DNA of 64,000 nt from Patescibacteria group bacterium UBA2196 (GCA_002328025.1 DCVE01000003.1:17222-81221), one strand, 5' to 3'; positions 40,301 through 49,547 are shown, counted from the first letter of the stretch. Translations and numbers: made by a program. Notes: a model not told the origin generated them from the letters alone.

Positions 40301-42058
40301 CACATTGGTATTCTTAGCTGCCGATAACGGCAAAGTAACGAACGAGGCGCTGGCTACCGCAACCTGATTAGGTGTGCCATTATCGTTTGCTTGGACTGTA
40401 ATTTGATATTTTGTATTTGGAGTTAAACTGCTTAAATTAAATTGATGTAAATTTCTAGGGGTGGCTTCTGGAACAATCCCTCCCGCTCCAGCATCAACAT
40501 TAGTCACAGTATTTATTAAATGTATCACTTGTCCAACTGCTTTGCCTTGCTCTGCGCCACCCGTGGTAATAAAAGACGCCACAGCAACGTTAGATTGCGG
40601 CGTTACCACCAAGTCTTTAATCTCCAGTTTAGTGGTTATTGCCTGGCAATCATAGTAAACATTCGCAGCTGTTGCAGTCCTGACTGGAGTTTGTTGTGAA
40701 TGACTGGTGATGGTATAAGAACCACTGGCTGCCACCCCAGTCGCTGTCAATGAGTGATTCAATTCATACAATGCTTTGGTGGCTGTGACTGCCGGTGATC
40801 CGACAACCGTTCCGACAACTCTTAAATTACTATCTGCAGCAAAATTAGTCAGCCAAGAAACAGTTAAATCATAACTACCAGTTGTGTTGCGCTTACAGTT
40901 AATATTTTTTTCAGTGATAAGTTCTATCTTACTCAATGGTGGTATTTCCCGCACTGTATAGGTACCACCAATTCCACTGGCGTTAGTAATAGTTCCCTGT
41001 CCATCATCTAAAACAAATTGCGAACCCGCCACATTAATAGCCGTCGTCGGACTGGTTAAATTAACACCTGTCACAGTTAAATAAGCAATGATAGTATCCC
41101 CTCTCAAACCACGCGTATCTGTTTGCGGCGTGATGGTGCCATTATTAATATCGCCATCGCCATACGTCCCGCGCACCAAAGTCAACTGCCCAGTTGACCG
41201 ATTGTGCGTTTCGCTGGAGTCGGCCGCCACAGGAAAACTTGGTGCGTCGCTAATTTCAACATTTAAATATTGTGGGTCATATTTAATCTGTGCTCCAACC
41301 GCCACAATATCTTGCGTATTGGTTTTAGCTCTAACTTCTATTTGTGTTTCACCGCCCAAGTTAACCGTACCTGTGACTGGCATTAAATAAACTCCATCTG
41401 TATTTTGCGGGCTGGAAACAATATTATAAGTAGCGTTATCCAAAGCAAAAGACACACCGCTGTTATAAGTGGTGTAGTTTAAATCCACCAGACTTGTAAC
41501 TGAAGCAACAAATTTAAAAGCTAATGTGTTGCCAATAGAACTGGCCGGCGGCGTGAAATTAAGTGAGGCTATGGAATAATGACCAGAGCCACCAGCTGCA
41601 ATTATTTCTGGACCGAGTGGATCTGTTTTTGTAATTCTTATTACTCCAGCAATAGCGTCGACACTACAACTTAAATCATTTACATACAACGGATCAATAG
41701 TACAAGCAATCGAACCCGTGGGAACGCCAGTATACTGAAACTCTATTCGCATATTTGAAACCCCCAACGTCGATGAACTTGAATTATCTAACATTAAATG
41801 AACTGTGTTAGTGCTACCAGCATTTACATCTCCAGAGTCTGGATCAAAATATACACGGAAGATTGGGCTTTGTCCAAAAACAAAATAAATTATCAAACTC
41901 ATCGCCAATAAAACCAAGATCAAACCCAGCACTAAAAAAATCTTCTTTTTGGGTGTCGAAAACGCAAACCACCGTTTAAGCCGTAAAAATAAAGCCTGCC
42001 GGCCCTGCGGGGCGGGTTTAAAATTTTGGTTTTGATTAGTTGCTTCTGGAAAAACCAT
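37400..42058 (-). CDS. Giant membrane-anchored surface protein: two cohesin-like modules, FN3-like, CBM-like, Cys-rich and PKD-like domains
   Basis: N-terminal TM; cohesin-like ~41418-41860 and ~40948-41398 (QIKYDPQYLNV...IIAYLTVTGV); FN3-like HQFNLSSLTPNTKYQITVQAND; NGNFE...YIDNV CBM-like; VDWGDG...THTY. Confidence 0.75.
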   Translation of the reverse strand: MVFPEATNQNQNFKPAPQGRQALFLRLKRWFAFSTPKKKIFLVLGLILVLLAMSLIIYFVFGQSPIFRVYFDPDSGDVNAGSTNTVHLMLDNSSSSTLGVSNMRIEFQYTGVPTGSIACTIDPLYVNDLSCSVDAIAGVIRITKTDPLGPEIIAAGGSGHYSIASLNFTPPASSIGNTLAFKFVASVTSLVDLNYTTYNSGVSFALDNATYNIVSSPQNTDGVYLMPVTGTVNLGGETQIEVRAKTNTQDIVAVGAQIKYDPQYLNVEISDAPSFPVAADSSETHNRSTGQLTLVRGTYGDGDINNGTITPQTDTRGLRGDTIIAYLTVTGVNLTSPTTAINVAGSQFVLDDGQGTITNASGIGGTYTVREIPPLSKIELITEKNINCKRNTTGSYDLTVSWLTNFAADSNLRVVGTVVGSPAVTATKALYELNHSLTATGVAASGSYTITSHSQQTPVRTATAANVYYDCQAITTKLEIKDLVVTPQSNVAVASFITTGGAEQGKAVGQVIHLINTVTNVDAGAGGIVPEATPRNLHQFNLSSLTPNTKYQITVQANDNGTPNQVAVASASFVTLPLSAAKNTNVVLKVERDRVCDTWLYCRSAVTVKSALNQNQSLCFDVGLCNRLNPKTKDCEVAANLGQLGITSANQTFPSPNLVYGNTVVATEKEQAAVAAEKKFKNLSGYSKVGMDWGGIKVVEGYKHYALMNTMGENFNVPNGNFELSDVWPWKNNSLGEIGLMKDILHAGNNFLQVAVEKEQLAALTGTGDAYAGAMVPLGEIKATNDVVIAFNAGTAGETKAIRLAARTTEVGSGNVSYRNLYNTAFSIGGAGTSTVKKIDVRLPAGYTELIFNQLRSDNSAADSFSKAFYIDNVSAQSVLHVQNTVSTNAEGSYVARMCRLYPSSSAPACQYTDWSGGKLYNGWQGFCVEPDPGKPSQCLNWWPVDIIPGESDVFGNDPQVGYKDRKPLYYCLEAAGNYPFVRHRNPGTISDGIKDSELGTGRPAAWNLMYKNWDDQCDSSNPSDIAHCGWTGGSGRITTIATVEEANLRLVDIERIVLTPLCEEGGKDRHCFSKKDNDNAYLVLDRKNNWSASLSLGGKSNLDDWNKIRSILGNCTSTSSDFFGVHAVFEAGKYGGLQAGLCNHGGYVGFVRYGVTYYLREPCNVIAQVIDPYGQGYAWSNKILANGWNDASNILNYNYNQDYAPYGAAVPPAKDTNFPDRWTDPLFVQPPAVSSSYMAPYQVRAGSPFAIDQKVQKYCTNSGKLDQPCSNSGDCSTNSQIGACAVVVGKSGINYEPTCIAGDSESLGKACTEDYDCGFGLSGQTGTCMGIKLSEGQKQKIAGDYKQGTERLSNLFARGLNVWYWYADDNKYSQICSYNSGVDCGSPSDRNYATCVALRDACWDARATKGTAPGIDHLTVNNQTRGRVVGTGNIGVTIKFNSNVNINQLPLTGISVDWGDGKINDIVNLRIAPHVYNSNPTLNDPHIMTHTYTCQEGGVGWSARDGSCLFEPRVQIKDNWGWCNNGVRGTNSSICPASWQNSGVEVMVFPR

Positions 42059-42064
42059 AAAAAA

Positions 42065-42733
42065 TTATTTGATATTTAAAGTCAGATTATTTAAAGTTAA
42101 TTTCATCTCGGTTGCCAGTCCATTGTCCAAAAACATTTTAGCTTGCTCGGGAATTAATTTCATTTCTACGGTCCCAACCTGTAACGCCTTAAAAGTCAAA
42201 ACTGCTAAAATTCCATTAGTTCCAGTGTAGCCGTCATCACTATCTTGATAATTTGCATCACCCGGCTTACCGCGCGTGACTTCCAAACTATTTTTTTTAA
42301 CTTCATTCACAATACCCATATTTAAAACTGAATTTTTCGTCTCAGCAATGTTATTTTTACCTGCAAAAGACACAAGTTTATCATCAAAGCTTACGACTGC
42401 TTTGGCCAAAACAATATTTGCGCCCTGAGTGTCCAAAACAATATTGACCTTAAATTCATCGCCTAAAGCAACCTCTTTTTTATCGCTTATTAAACTGATT
42501 GTACCCCGCCGTTCGAGTGGTAAAACTTCTTTTTGCACTACCGGTTTGGTATTTAATTGTTGTAAAGCATTTTGAACGTTGTTATTTTGAATTTGTTCTG
42601 TGGGTTTGATAAAAATAAACACCAAAACAATCACTAGCATCAAAACCGCCGCCATAACTGCTGCCAAAAACCACATTTTTTTATGATTTTTATTAATTGG
42701 ATTATTGTTTGTTGGTAAAATGTTTTCGGTCAT
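42065..42733 (-). CDS. Membrane-anchored single cohesin-domain protein
   Basis: TM, then ISLISDKKEVALGDEFKVNIVLDTQG...VVSFDDKLVSF...GILAVLTFKALQVGTVEMKL. Confidence 0.8.
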   Translation of the reverse strand: MTENILPTNNNPINKNHKKMWFLAAVMAAVLMLVIVLVFIFIKPTEQIQNNNVQNALQQLNTKPVVQKEVLPLERRGTISLISDKKEVALGDEFKVNIVLDTQGANIVLAKAVVSFDDKLVSFAGKNNIAETKNSVLNMGIVNEVKKNSLEVTRGKPGDANYQDSDDGYTGTNGILAVLTFKALQVGTVEMKLIPEQAKMFLDNGLATEMKLTLNNLTLNIK

Positions 42734-42759
42734 AAAATTATTTTTAATTATTTATTATT

Positions 42760-45700
42760 TTATCTTTCTCCGGTTCTTAAAAAGCAATGCTTGGTGGGAT
42801 CAATATTTTCCAAATCGCAAGCTGTGCCGCTTTCGTTACCGACTGACTCAACATTTTTATACCAATAATATTCACAGGCCGGTGTTTGATTGGCGCCATA
42901 AACGTTATAAAGTGAAGAATATTGATAAGGCAACAAAGATGCATCGCACAATTCCGGCACATACGGATCTTGATATTCCTGACAACCACTTTCTGCACCG
43001 TCACATAAAGCGCTCCAGCTGGTACAAATACCACTCTGCGCAAAAGTAATATAATCTATGCAGTCATTATTGCCATTACAAATATTACTATCTGGGTGAG
43101 TTGCAGATCGTCCACCTAAACAGTATTTTTGTTCGCCACTTAATTCTTTGGAACTGACACAAAAATCTCCAGTCCCACAGTTTGCATCGCTAACACAGTT
43201 TTTACTGGTATTATTATAACAATAACCATTTGTAGTCACACAAAAATCACCAGTTCCAGTCACGCAGTTTGTATTGACGGTGCATTTTACACTTGTATTA
43301 TTATAACAATAACCATTGGAACTGGGGCAAGTCTTACCTTCTTCACCAGCAATCCACCAACCAAATTGACCGTTATAGTCTTTAAACTCACACACTCTTT
43401 TGCTTGGATTTTTATACAAAGCCGCACCACCAGTATATTTATAATTCACACAACTTTCATTTTCATTTGTACAGGTTTGGTTTTGTTTAATTACGGTTAA
43501 AGTATCAGTGAAGCTAAATTTAGCGGTGTCGGTTGGATTAAAACGATTACGCGCCAAAAGACCCAGCTTGGCGCAACCGGGAGTTTGACATAGTTTATTA
43601 CGATCATAAACATAATAGACTGGTTGCAAAACTCCGGCTGTATTTTTTTGACCAAAGACCTCACAACCCACTACTTCTTCCAAACACAGCTTAGAAAACT
43701 TTTGTAAATTCCACACCCTGCCAGTATTGTCTTTATATGCTTCACAAGAACTCATACCGATGATGTTGTCACACACAGGCGCGGCAGTCCAGGAATTTTT
43801 AATAAACAAAATATTATCAATTTTTTTCAACACCACATTATCAAGATACAAATCACCCATATTTTCAATTCTTAAAATTGAATCTGTATAATCACCGGCT
43901 GGTAATTCACCAAAATTAACTGCCGCTTGTCCATCAAACAATTGCCATTCGTTTGTAATGGTACCACTCACTGTGCCTGATATAACATTGGTTCCACTAG
44001 CCAAAGAAAAGGCAAAGGTGGCTGATCCTGTACCTTTGGCCAAAAATGATAACACATAGCTACCGCCGGCCACTAAATCACCGTTATTTAATTTGTGTTC
44101 AGTATTATCAGCCAAGTGTAAAGAGTGTCCACCACGCCGCACAGATTCATTACTGATGGTTCCCGCTGTCCAACCTTCTACAGATCCACCTTCAAAATCA
44201 TCACTTAAAATTACTTGATAATTATAACTGGAATTATCACGATATAACCGACAACCAGCATTATTGGCTTGACAACGCGTAGACAACGATGGCATAGCCA
44301 TATAAAGACACTGCCCAGTCGTCCATTTACCATTGGTTGTTTCGCAATCAGTTTGATTAGCGATTGTGCGCCTGTAAGGATGACAATCTTCGGCGGCAAA
44401 AATAACTGTAGCAAAATCTACCGCATAATATTGATTAGTCGTTGAATTATAAACTTCGCGACAATCAATTCCCGCCGCACCAAAATTGCACACTGTACCC
44501 ACCGGCGTATTACCACTGGCTTGCAGTTGCCACTTTTTCAACTGAAAACCAGATGTATCAGAACCTTCCCAGGTATAAAAAGTTTGCACATCTGGATCCG
44601 TCGGGTTAACACACATTCTTAAATAAGAAAAATATTCTCGTCCTTCACCGCCTCTGGCCACTTCATCTAAATTAGTAAATTCATCACAACCAGCTTCAGT
44701 ACACTTTGTGGCTGTGGTGGATAAAAAAGATTCAGCCGCCACTCCAGCTTCAAAATTGGTTTCTTTTTGTGTATAGGTTCTAAAACCAACGCACACGGCC
44801 GGACACTCATCATTCCAATTACCAGTTAACACATCGGCATCAGTGCAAGAATTAGTACCATCAGTACATTTACGTTGATTAATTACTGCAGACACCACTG
44901 GAGATTTAATAGTGACTGGTGTATACAAGCGACACGAAACATCGTCTTCTGCACACGACAAAGCAAAATTAGCACAATATTTATTGCCACTTAAAACGCA
45001 TTGTTTAATATCTTCACGCCAATAGTGACCATCAGCTACACAAGCGGCCTGATTTAAACCAAATTCAATAGTCGTATAGCCAGCACAACCGTTAATTGCT
45101 GGGTTAGCATACTCTGGCGCTAATTTTAAATTAACATCAGTCGCTAAATAACCAGCCGCATTTGGGTTATTAAAACCACCACTTACCAAAGCACTCGCCT
45201 GCTGTTGCGACAATGGTGTCTGATTGGGATTTAAAATTCTAGTTAAAGCCTGGCAACCTTCTTCTCTGGCATCACAAGCCTGTTCACTGGCGTAATATCT
45301 TAAACTTGTTTCTGTTGGGCATGCCCAAGTATCGTCTGTTGGATTTAAATTTTTACAATATGCATTACAACCAGCCGCTCCACAACTTTCCAATGTGTTG
45401 GTTAGATAAGCTGCCTCTTCCAAACCAGTTGAGGTTAGACTTTGGCAAGAATTAAAATATGAAGGACATGAACTACCCTGAATTCTCCAAATTGGTTTTT
45501 CAGCCACGCAATAACCAAATTCATTGCAATCCTTACCATTATCGCTTTCTGCAATACAACTTCGCTCCTTGGCACAATATGTGTTGCGCACAATGTAAGT
45601 GGAAAATTCATCGGGCGGACACTCTATTTTATCATTAAAAGAAGTATCTCGATCACAAACCTCGTTTGTTGACACCACGTCTGGACCCGGACCTTCCAAA

Positions 45701-47196
45701 TCACACACCGTAATTGGAGCTTTTAGTTGCCAATTGGGATCAACTAATCTATAAAAAGGTGACTCTGGATTGTCATAAGCATCCAATAAATCTTGCAAAG
45801 TCATTTTTACACCGGCTCCGGCCGCATCTTTATTAAAATTTTTAATATACTCTGCCGCCAATTCCCACCCGACTGGCACAATCCGATATTTACGTAAAAT
45901 CAAAATTGAACGCATAGGAAATCCGTCTCTAAAACTCGGCTCAGTTTGGCTGGTTGGATTAAAACCAAAAACAGCGTTGGGCTTTTTTTTGGCCAGTTCG
46001 GCCACAGTATTTTTTTGCTCAATCGCGGTGGCAAAAGTCGTATCAATGGTGTTGCAATATTGCGCGCCGCCATATTCAGATGTACCACAACTGGCTGAAA
46101 GTTCATTCACCACATTAATCTCTCCGCCGACGTTATAATCCGGTTTTAAAAGTTCGGCAAACTGATCTGTAGCTGCTGGCCCACTAGAAAGACTGCCAAA
46201 TAAATTTAAAACAATTGTTCTGTTTGTGTCAGCCGCCGGATTCATGCCTTTTGTAAAGGCCCGATTCAAAAGTTTTGAAACCAAAGTGTTGGTAAAAAGA
46301 CCAATTGCATCAGCCGCAGCTTCACCTGTATAAACACCATAGGGTTTTAAAGAATCACTAATCATACCAGCCGCATAGCCACTATAAAAAGCAGCCGGAG
46401 TTTTTATTTTCCCAGTAATGGTACTTTCTAAGTTTTTAAAACCTTGATTAGCCTGTTGGTTAATCTTGGCTGTTTCTTTTTGTAAAATCTGTTTTTGTCT
46501 AGCTTGATCCACCATGGTTAAATAAATTCCAAAATCATTCGCCCCAGGATGAAAAGCTGTGGACACTCCAAACAGATCATTAAATTGTATTTTTTTTAAA
46601 TCACCAACATTTTTTTTGATGTCCACCCAATCACATGGTGGACGTTGCGGTTCAAAAGCCGAGCGAGCATAGATATCAAGTTGAGCTTTTAAAAACGGAC
46701 GATCAATTGGTTGACAAAAATTCACCCCCCAGGTTTTTCCTATTTCAACAAAGGCCACACCCAAAGCTTCATCGCCAACTTTTTGCAAATACTTATCAAA
46801 GGGCAAATCCACATACAAAGGTTGCTGACCTTTGCCGCCTGTAGCCAGCTTAGTGGCATAATCATAAGCCACACGATTAAATAAATATTTAATACCGTTT
46901 GTGTAAGTCAACGCTGCTGCATTTTCTCCATATATTTTAATTGTCTCCCAGACCGTTTTTAAAATTGTCATTAAACGTGCACCAATATCAGCTGTTACCA
47001 AACCCGGGGCTGCTACAGATCTTAGAGTTGGAATCGAATCTAATGACTTAGTTCTTGTGCTATTTAATTGTTGAGAAATCGGTATTGCCTCCTGTGCTTT
47101 CTGTGCTTTAACATTTTCTGGCCACAAAAAAACCACAGCTGTCAAAGAAAACAACATGGAAAAAAGTGTGACTGAGATTAAAAGTTTTTTGAGCAT
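42760..47196 (-). CDS. Giant secreted Cys-rich protein with CBM-like domain
   Basis: Signal peptide from ATG 47196 (MLKKLLIS...VKA); helical N-domain, very many Cys, DDFEGG...LYLDNVVL jelly-roll-like segment, tandem NGYCYNNTS repeats. Confidence 0.75.
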   Translation of the reverse strand: MLKKLLISVTLFSMLFSLTAVVFLWPENVKAQKAQEAIPISQQLNSTRTKSLDSIPTLRSVAAPGLVTADIGARLMTILKTVWETIKIYGENAAALTYTNGIKYLFNRVAYDYATKLATGGKGQQPLYVDLPFDKYLQKVGDEALGVAFVEIGKTWGVNFCQPIDRPFLKAQLDIYARSAFEPQRPPCDWVDIKKNVGDLKKIQFNDLFGVSTAFHPGANDFGIYLTMVDQARQKQILQKETAKINQQANQGFKNLESTITGKIKTPAAFYSGYAAGMISDSLKPYGVYTGEAAADAIGLFTNTLVSKLLNRAFTKGMNPAADTNRTIVLNLFGSLSSGPAATDQFAELLKPDYNVGGEINVVNELSASCGTSEYGGAQYCNTIDTTFATAIEQKNTVAELAKKKPNAVFGFNPTSQTEPSFRDGFPMRSILILRKYRIVPVGWELAAEYIKNFNKDAAGAGVKMTLQDLLDAYDNPESPFYRLVDPNWQLKAPITVCDLEGPGPDVVSTNEVCDRDTSFNDKIECPPDEFSTYIVRNTYCAKERSCIAESDNGKDCNEFGYCVAEKPIWRIQGSSCPSYFNSCQSLTSTGLEEAAYLTNTLESCGAAGCNAYCKNLNPTDDTWACPTETSLRYYASEQACDAREEGCQALTRILNPNQTPLSQQQASALVSGGFNNPNAAGYLATDVNLKLAPEYANPAINGCAGYTTIEFGLNQAACVADGHYWREDIKQCVLSGNKYCANFALSCAEDDVSCRLYTPVTIKSPVVSAVINQRKCTDGTNSCTDADVLTGNWNDECPAVCVGFRTYTQKETNFEAGVAAESFLSTTATKCTEAGCDEFTNLDEVARGGEGREYFSYLRMCVNPTDPDVQTFYTWEGSDTSGFQLKKWQLQASGNTPVGTVCNFGAAGIDCREVYNSTTNQYYAVDFATVIFAAEDCHPYRRTIANQTDCETTNGKWTTGQCLYMAMPSLSTRCQANNAGCRLYRDNSSYNYQVILSDDFEGGSVEGWTAGTISNESVRRGGHSLHLADNTEHKLNNGDLVAGGSYVLSFLAKGTGSATFAFSLASGTNVISGTVSGTITNEWQLFDGQAAVNFGELPAGDYTDSILRIENMGDLYLDNVVLKKIDNILFIKNSWTAAPVCDNIIGMSSCEAYKDNTGRVWNLQKFSKLCLEEVVGCEVFGQKNTAGVLQPVYYVYDRNKLCQTPGCAKLGLLARNRFNPTDTAKFSFTDTLTVIKQNQTCTNENESCVNYKYTGGAALYKNPSKRVCEFKDYNGQFGWWIAGEEGKTCPSSNGYCYNNTSVKCTVNTNCVTGTGDFCVTTNGYCYNNTSKNCVSDANCGTGDFCVSSKELSGEQKYCLGGRSATHPDSNICNGNNDCIDYITFAQSGICTSWSALCDGAESGCQEYQDPYVPELCDASLLPYQYSSLYNVYGANQTPACEYYWYKNVESVGNESGTACDLENIDPTKHCFLRTGER

Positions 47197-47204
47197 GGGG
47201 AGAT

Positions 47205-47673
47205 AATTTTCAATTTCCAATTTCTAATTTAAAAACAATTTACAATTAACCAATAATTTAATTTCTAATATGTTTTTCTCAAGGTTGAAGAAATTCTGTT
47301 AAAAATAAGAACTAATTCATGAGCTTCTTTCCACAAAACTCTCAACTTGTCTTTTATTTCTATATTAGTTGTCACTAAAAGCTCAATCCAATATTCTGTT
47401 TCTTGAGCCTCTCGACGACAAATGAAAATTTTACTGGAAAAATCTTTTCTGGATGATGCGCCATTTACTTCTCTATAGTTTGCCCCAATACTGGTTGCTG
47501 AACGCAACAATTGATTGATTATGTTTCTATTTAAATCTGATATTTTTATTTTTGAAATTTCTTCAATCACCGCTTTACCAAATCTCTTTGTCCTTTCTTC
47601 CAAATCATAATTCATAATTGAAAAATTAGAAATTGATCATTGTTTAGAAATTAGAAATTGAAAATTTTAAATT
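47205..47673. mobile_element. Candidate element: four-helix-bundle gene enclosed in inverted heptamer-repeat arms
   Basis: Arms 47205-47263 and 47616-47673 are approximate reverse complements, fill nearly all of both intergenic spaces and match the gene-less element at 28717-28839. Mobility is inferred. Confidence 0.5.
47265..47615 (-). CDS. Four helix bundle protein (23S rRNA IVP / Avd-like family)
   Basis: YDLEERTKRF, QLLRSATSIGANYRE, SRKDF..KIFICRREAQETEYWIELL, EAHELVLIF. Confidence 0.92.
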   Translation of the reverse strand: MNYDLEERTKRFGKAVIEEISKIKISDLNRNIINQLLRSATSIGANYREVNGASSRKDFSSKIFICRREAQETEYWIELLVTTNIEIKDKLRVLWKEAHELVLIFNRISSTLRKTY

Positions 47674-48464
47674 TACTTGAGTGATTCCTGAAAAACCCGC
47701 ATCAAAGTTGTGTCATCAATTTGATTCAACTGTTCTTCCGTCATCTGTCCGCTGGAAAGTAATAACTCTCTAACTTGCGCCACAGTCAATTGTTTTAATT
47801 GTGCTTTTTCCTCGTCAGTCAAATCAACCGTCGTGGTAACCGCAGACCCTTGATTTAAATTTTCTATATCCAGCGGTGAAGCAATAATGTTTTCTACCGT
47901 CGTTACGGTTGTTGTGTCAATGGCACGACAATTTTCTCCAGTTGGACACAACGGATCATGTTCTGAATCAATTTCCTGTTTGTCGGTATAACCATCCGAA
48001 TCAGTATCGGCTAAATAGGGCGAAGTGCCATAAACAAATTCTTCATCAAAATCACTCAAGCCATCCTGATCTGTATCAATGTTTTTTTTATCCACCAAAG
48101 CCTGTTCGGTTATGGTGCTATTTGTAGTATTAACAACTGTATTTTGCTGTTGCGCCAAAAAAGGGCTGGAGATGCTGTGAAATAAATTTAAAAAAGCATA
48201 CCCAAGCGTCCCAAAACCCAAAATAACCAAAACCAAAAACATAACCTTGTGATTTCTGCTATTTTTAACATTCATTTGGACATTGGCGCCACCATCTTCG
48301 TGCCACTCATCATCATTATTATTTATTTTATCATATATACCGTCATTCATCATATTTTTTTCAGCCAAAGCAAAATTTTGAACGCCGTTTTCATCGCTCT
48401 TCAGTCTTTGGTTTTCCATTTTGTCCAAGACACTATTTTCTTGCTCAAAATCTTGATAAGCCAT
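47673..48464 (-). CDS. Bitopic membrane protein with TSP3-like Ca-binding repeats
   Basis: TM, then DTDQDGLSDFDEEFVYGTSPYLADTDSDGYTDKQEI..DPLCP.G.C. Confidence 0.8.
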   Translation of the reverse strand: MAYQDFEQENSVLDKMENQRLKSDENGVQNFALAEKNMMNDGIYDKINNNDDEWHEDGGANVQMNVKNSRNHKVMFLVLVILGFGTLGYAFLNLFHSISSPFLAQQQNTVVNTTNSTITEQALVDKKNIDTDQDGLSDFDEEFVYGTSPYLADTDSDGYTDKQEIDSEHDPLCPTGENCRAIDTTTVTTVENIIASPLDIENLNQGSAVTTTVDLTDEEKAQLKQLTVAQVRELLLSSGQMTEEQLNQIDDTTLMRVFQESLK

Positions 48465-48492
48465 GAAAATATTTATTCACTTTTACAACTAT

Positions 48493-48501
48493 ATTATACC
48501 A
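48493..48501 (-). promoter_or_regulatory. Extended -10 promoter at head of the T4SS-like locus
   Basis: TGGTATAAT about 30 bp upstream of ATG 48464. Confidence 0.5.
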
Positions 48502-48537
48502 GAAAATAAACAAAGCGCCAAAACTTATATCAAAGGC

Positions 48538-49485
48538 TTAAAATATAATTTCCCGCGTCAGATCCACCCAATTTTTAACAGTCAAATTTTGCGCCCGAAC
48601 TTTTTCATCCAAACCAATTTTTTGTAAAATTTCTACCACCTTCTGCATCTCAATTTGCAAACCATTGGCCAAATTATTTTTCAACATTTTTCTCTTGGCG
48701 CTAAAACCAATTTTTACTAATCTCATGAATTCTTTGTTTTCATCCCCTCCTTTATAAGGAGGGGTCTCATGCCCTGCTAAGGGCAGAGGGGGAGGTATTT
48801 TTTTAACTTTGAGTTTTATTATCACACTATCCACTTCTGGCGCTGGCCAAAAACAATTTCTAGAAACCTGAGCCACAATTTCACAATCAGCATAAAACTG
48901 ACACAGCACAGACAAAATACTCATCTGACCAACTTTGGTACAAATTCTTTCACCCACTTCTTTTTGCAACATCAAAACCATCAAATCGGGCCGCACCAGT
49001 CTCCCTCTTGATAAGGGAGAGATACAGAGGGTGTCAGTATGTAAAAATTTCCACAAAACTTGGGTGGAAATTGAATAAGGTAAATTGGCAATAATTTTAT
49101 AATTTTTTTGCGCCACCTTCTCCTCTCTCCCCCTTAATAAAGGAGCGAGCGAGAGGGGGTCAATTTTCAAGGCATCTGCGTTAATAATTTCCAGATTATC
49201 CCTAGTTGTCAGTTGTTTTTTATTTAATGTTAAATATTCTGCCAAACGCTTATCTTTTTCTATAACGACCACCTGACCGGCATGTTTAAGTAATTCTTGA
49301 GTTAAAATTCCCAAACCCGGTCCAATTTCTAAAATCAAATCGTCTTCTTTAATTTCTCCAGCAGTAACCACCTTCTGCAAGACATTTTTATCAATCAAAA
49401 AATTTTGCCCCATTTGTCTGCTGGGCTTAACATTTAACTTTTCACAAACTTTTTTAATCTCCGGAGCTGTAAAATTCATAGACAA
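48538..49485 (-). CDS. rsmA: 16S rRNA adenine dimethyltransferase RsmA/KsgA with in-frame palindromic insertions
   Basis: MGQNFLID, LEIGPGLGILT, IEKD, ANLPYSIS, MLQKEV, FWPAPEVDS, FSAKRKML. Confidence 0.95.
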   Translation of the reverse strand: MSMNFTAPEIKKVCEKLNVKPSRQMGQNFLIDKNVLQKVVTAGEIKEDDLILEIGPGLGILTQELLKHAGQVVVIEKDKRLAEYLTLNKKQLTTRDNLEIINADALKIDPLSLAPLLRGREEKVAQKNYKIIANLPYSISTQVLWKFLHTDTLCISPLSRGRLVRPDLMVLMLQKEVGERICTKVGQMSILSVLCQFYADCEIVAQVSRNCFWPAPEVDSVIIKLKVKKIPPPLPLAGHETPPYKGGDENKEFMRLVKIGFSAKRKMLKNNLANGLQIEMQKVVEILQKIGLDEKVRAQNLTVKNWVDLTREIIF

Positions 49486-49547
49486 ATTGCTTATTTTATT
49501 TAAATAAAATATACTATAGATAAAATTAAATATTTAATCATACAAAT

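Noticed and set aside
47265-47615. Diversity-generating retroelement (Avd-like gene near large surface proteins)
   Set aside because: No reverse transcriptase and no TR/VR pair differing at adenines seen in the window.
24128-48464. Integrative conjugative element or prophage
   Set aside because: No integrase, relaxase, coupling protein, phage structural genes or flanking att repeats; the flanks are housekeeping genes.
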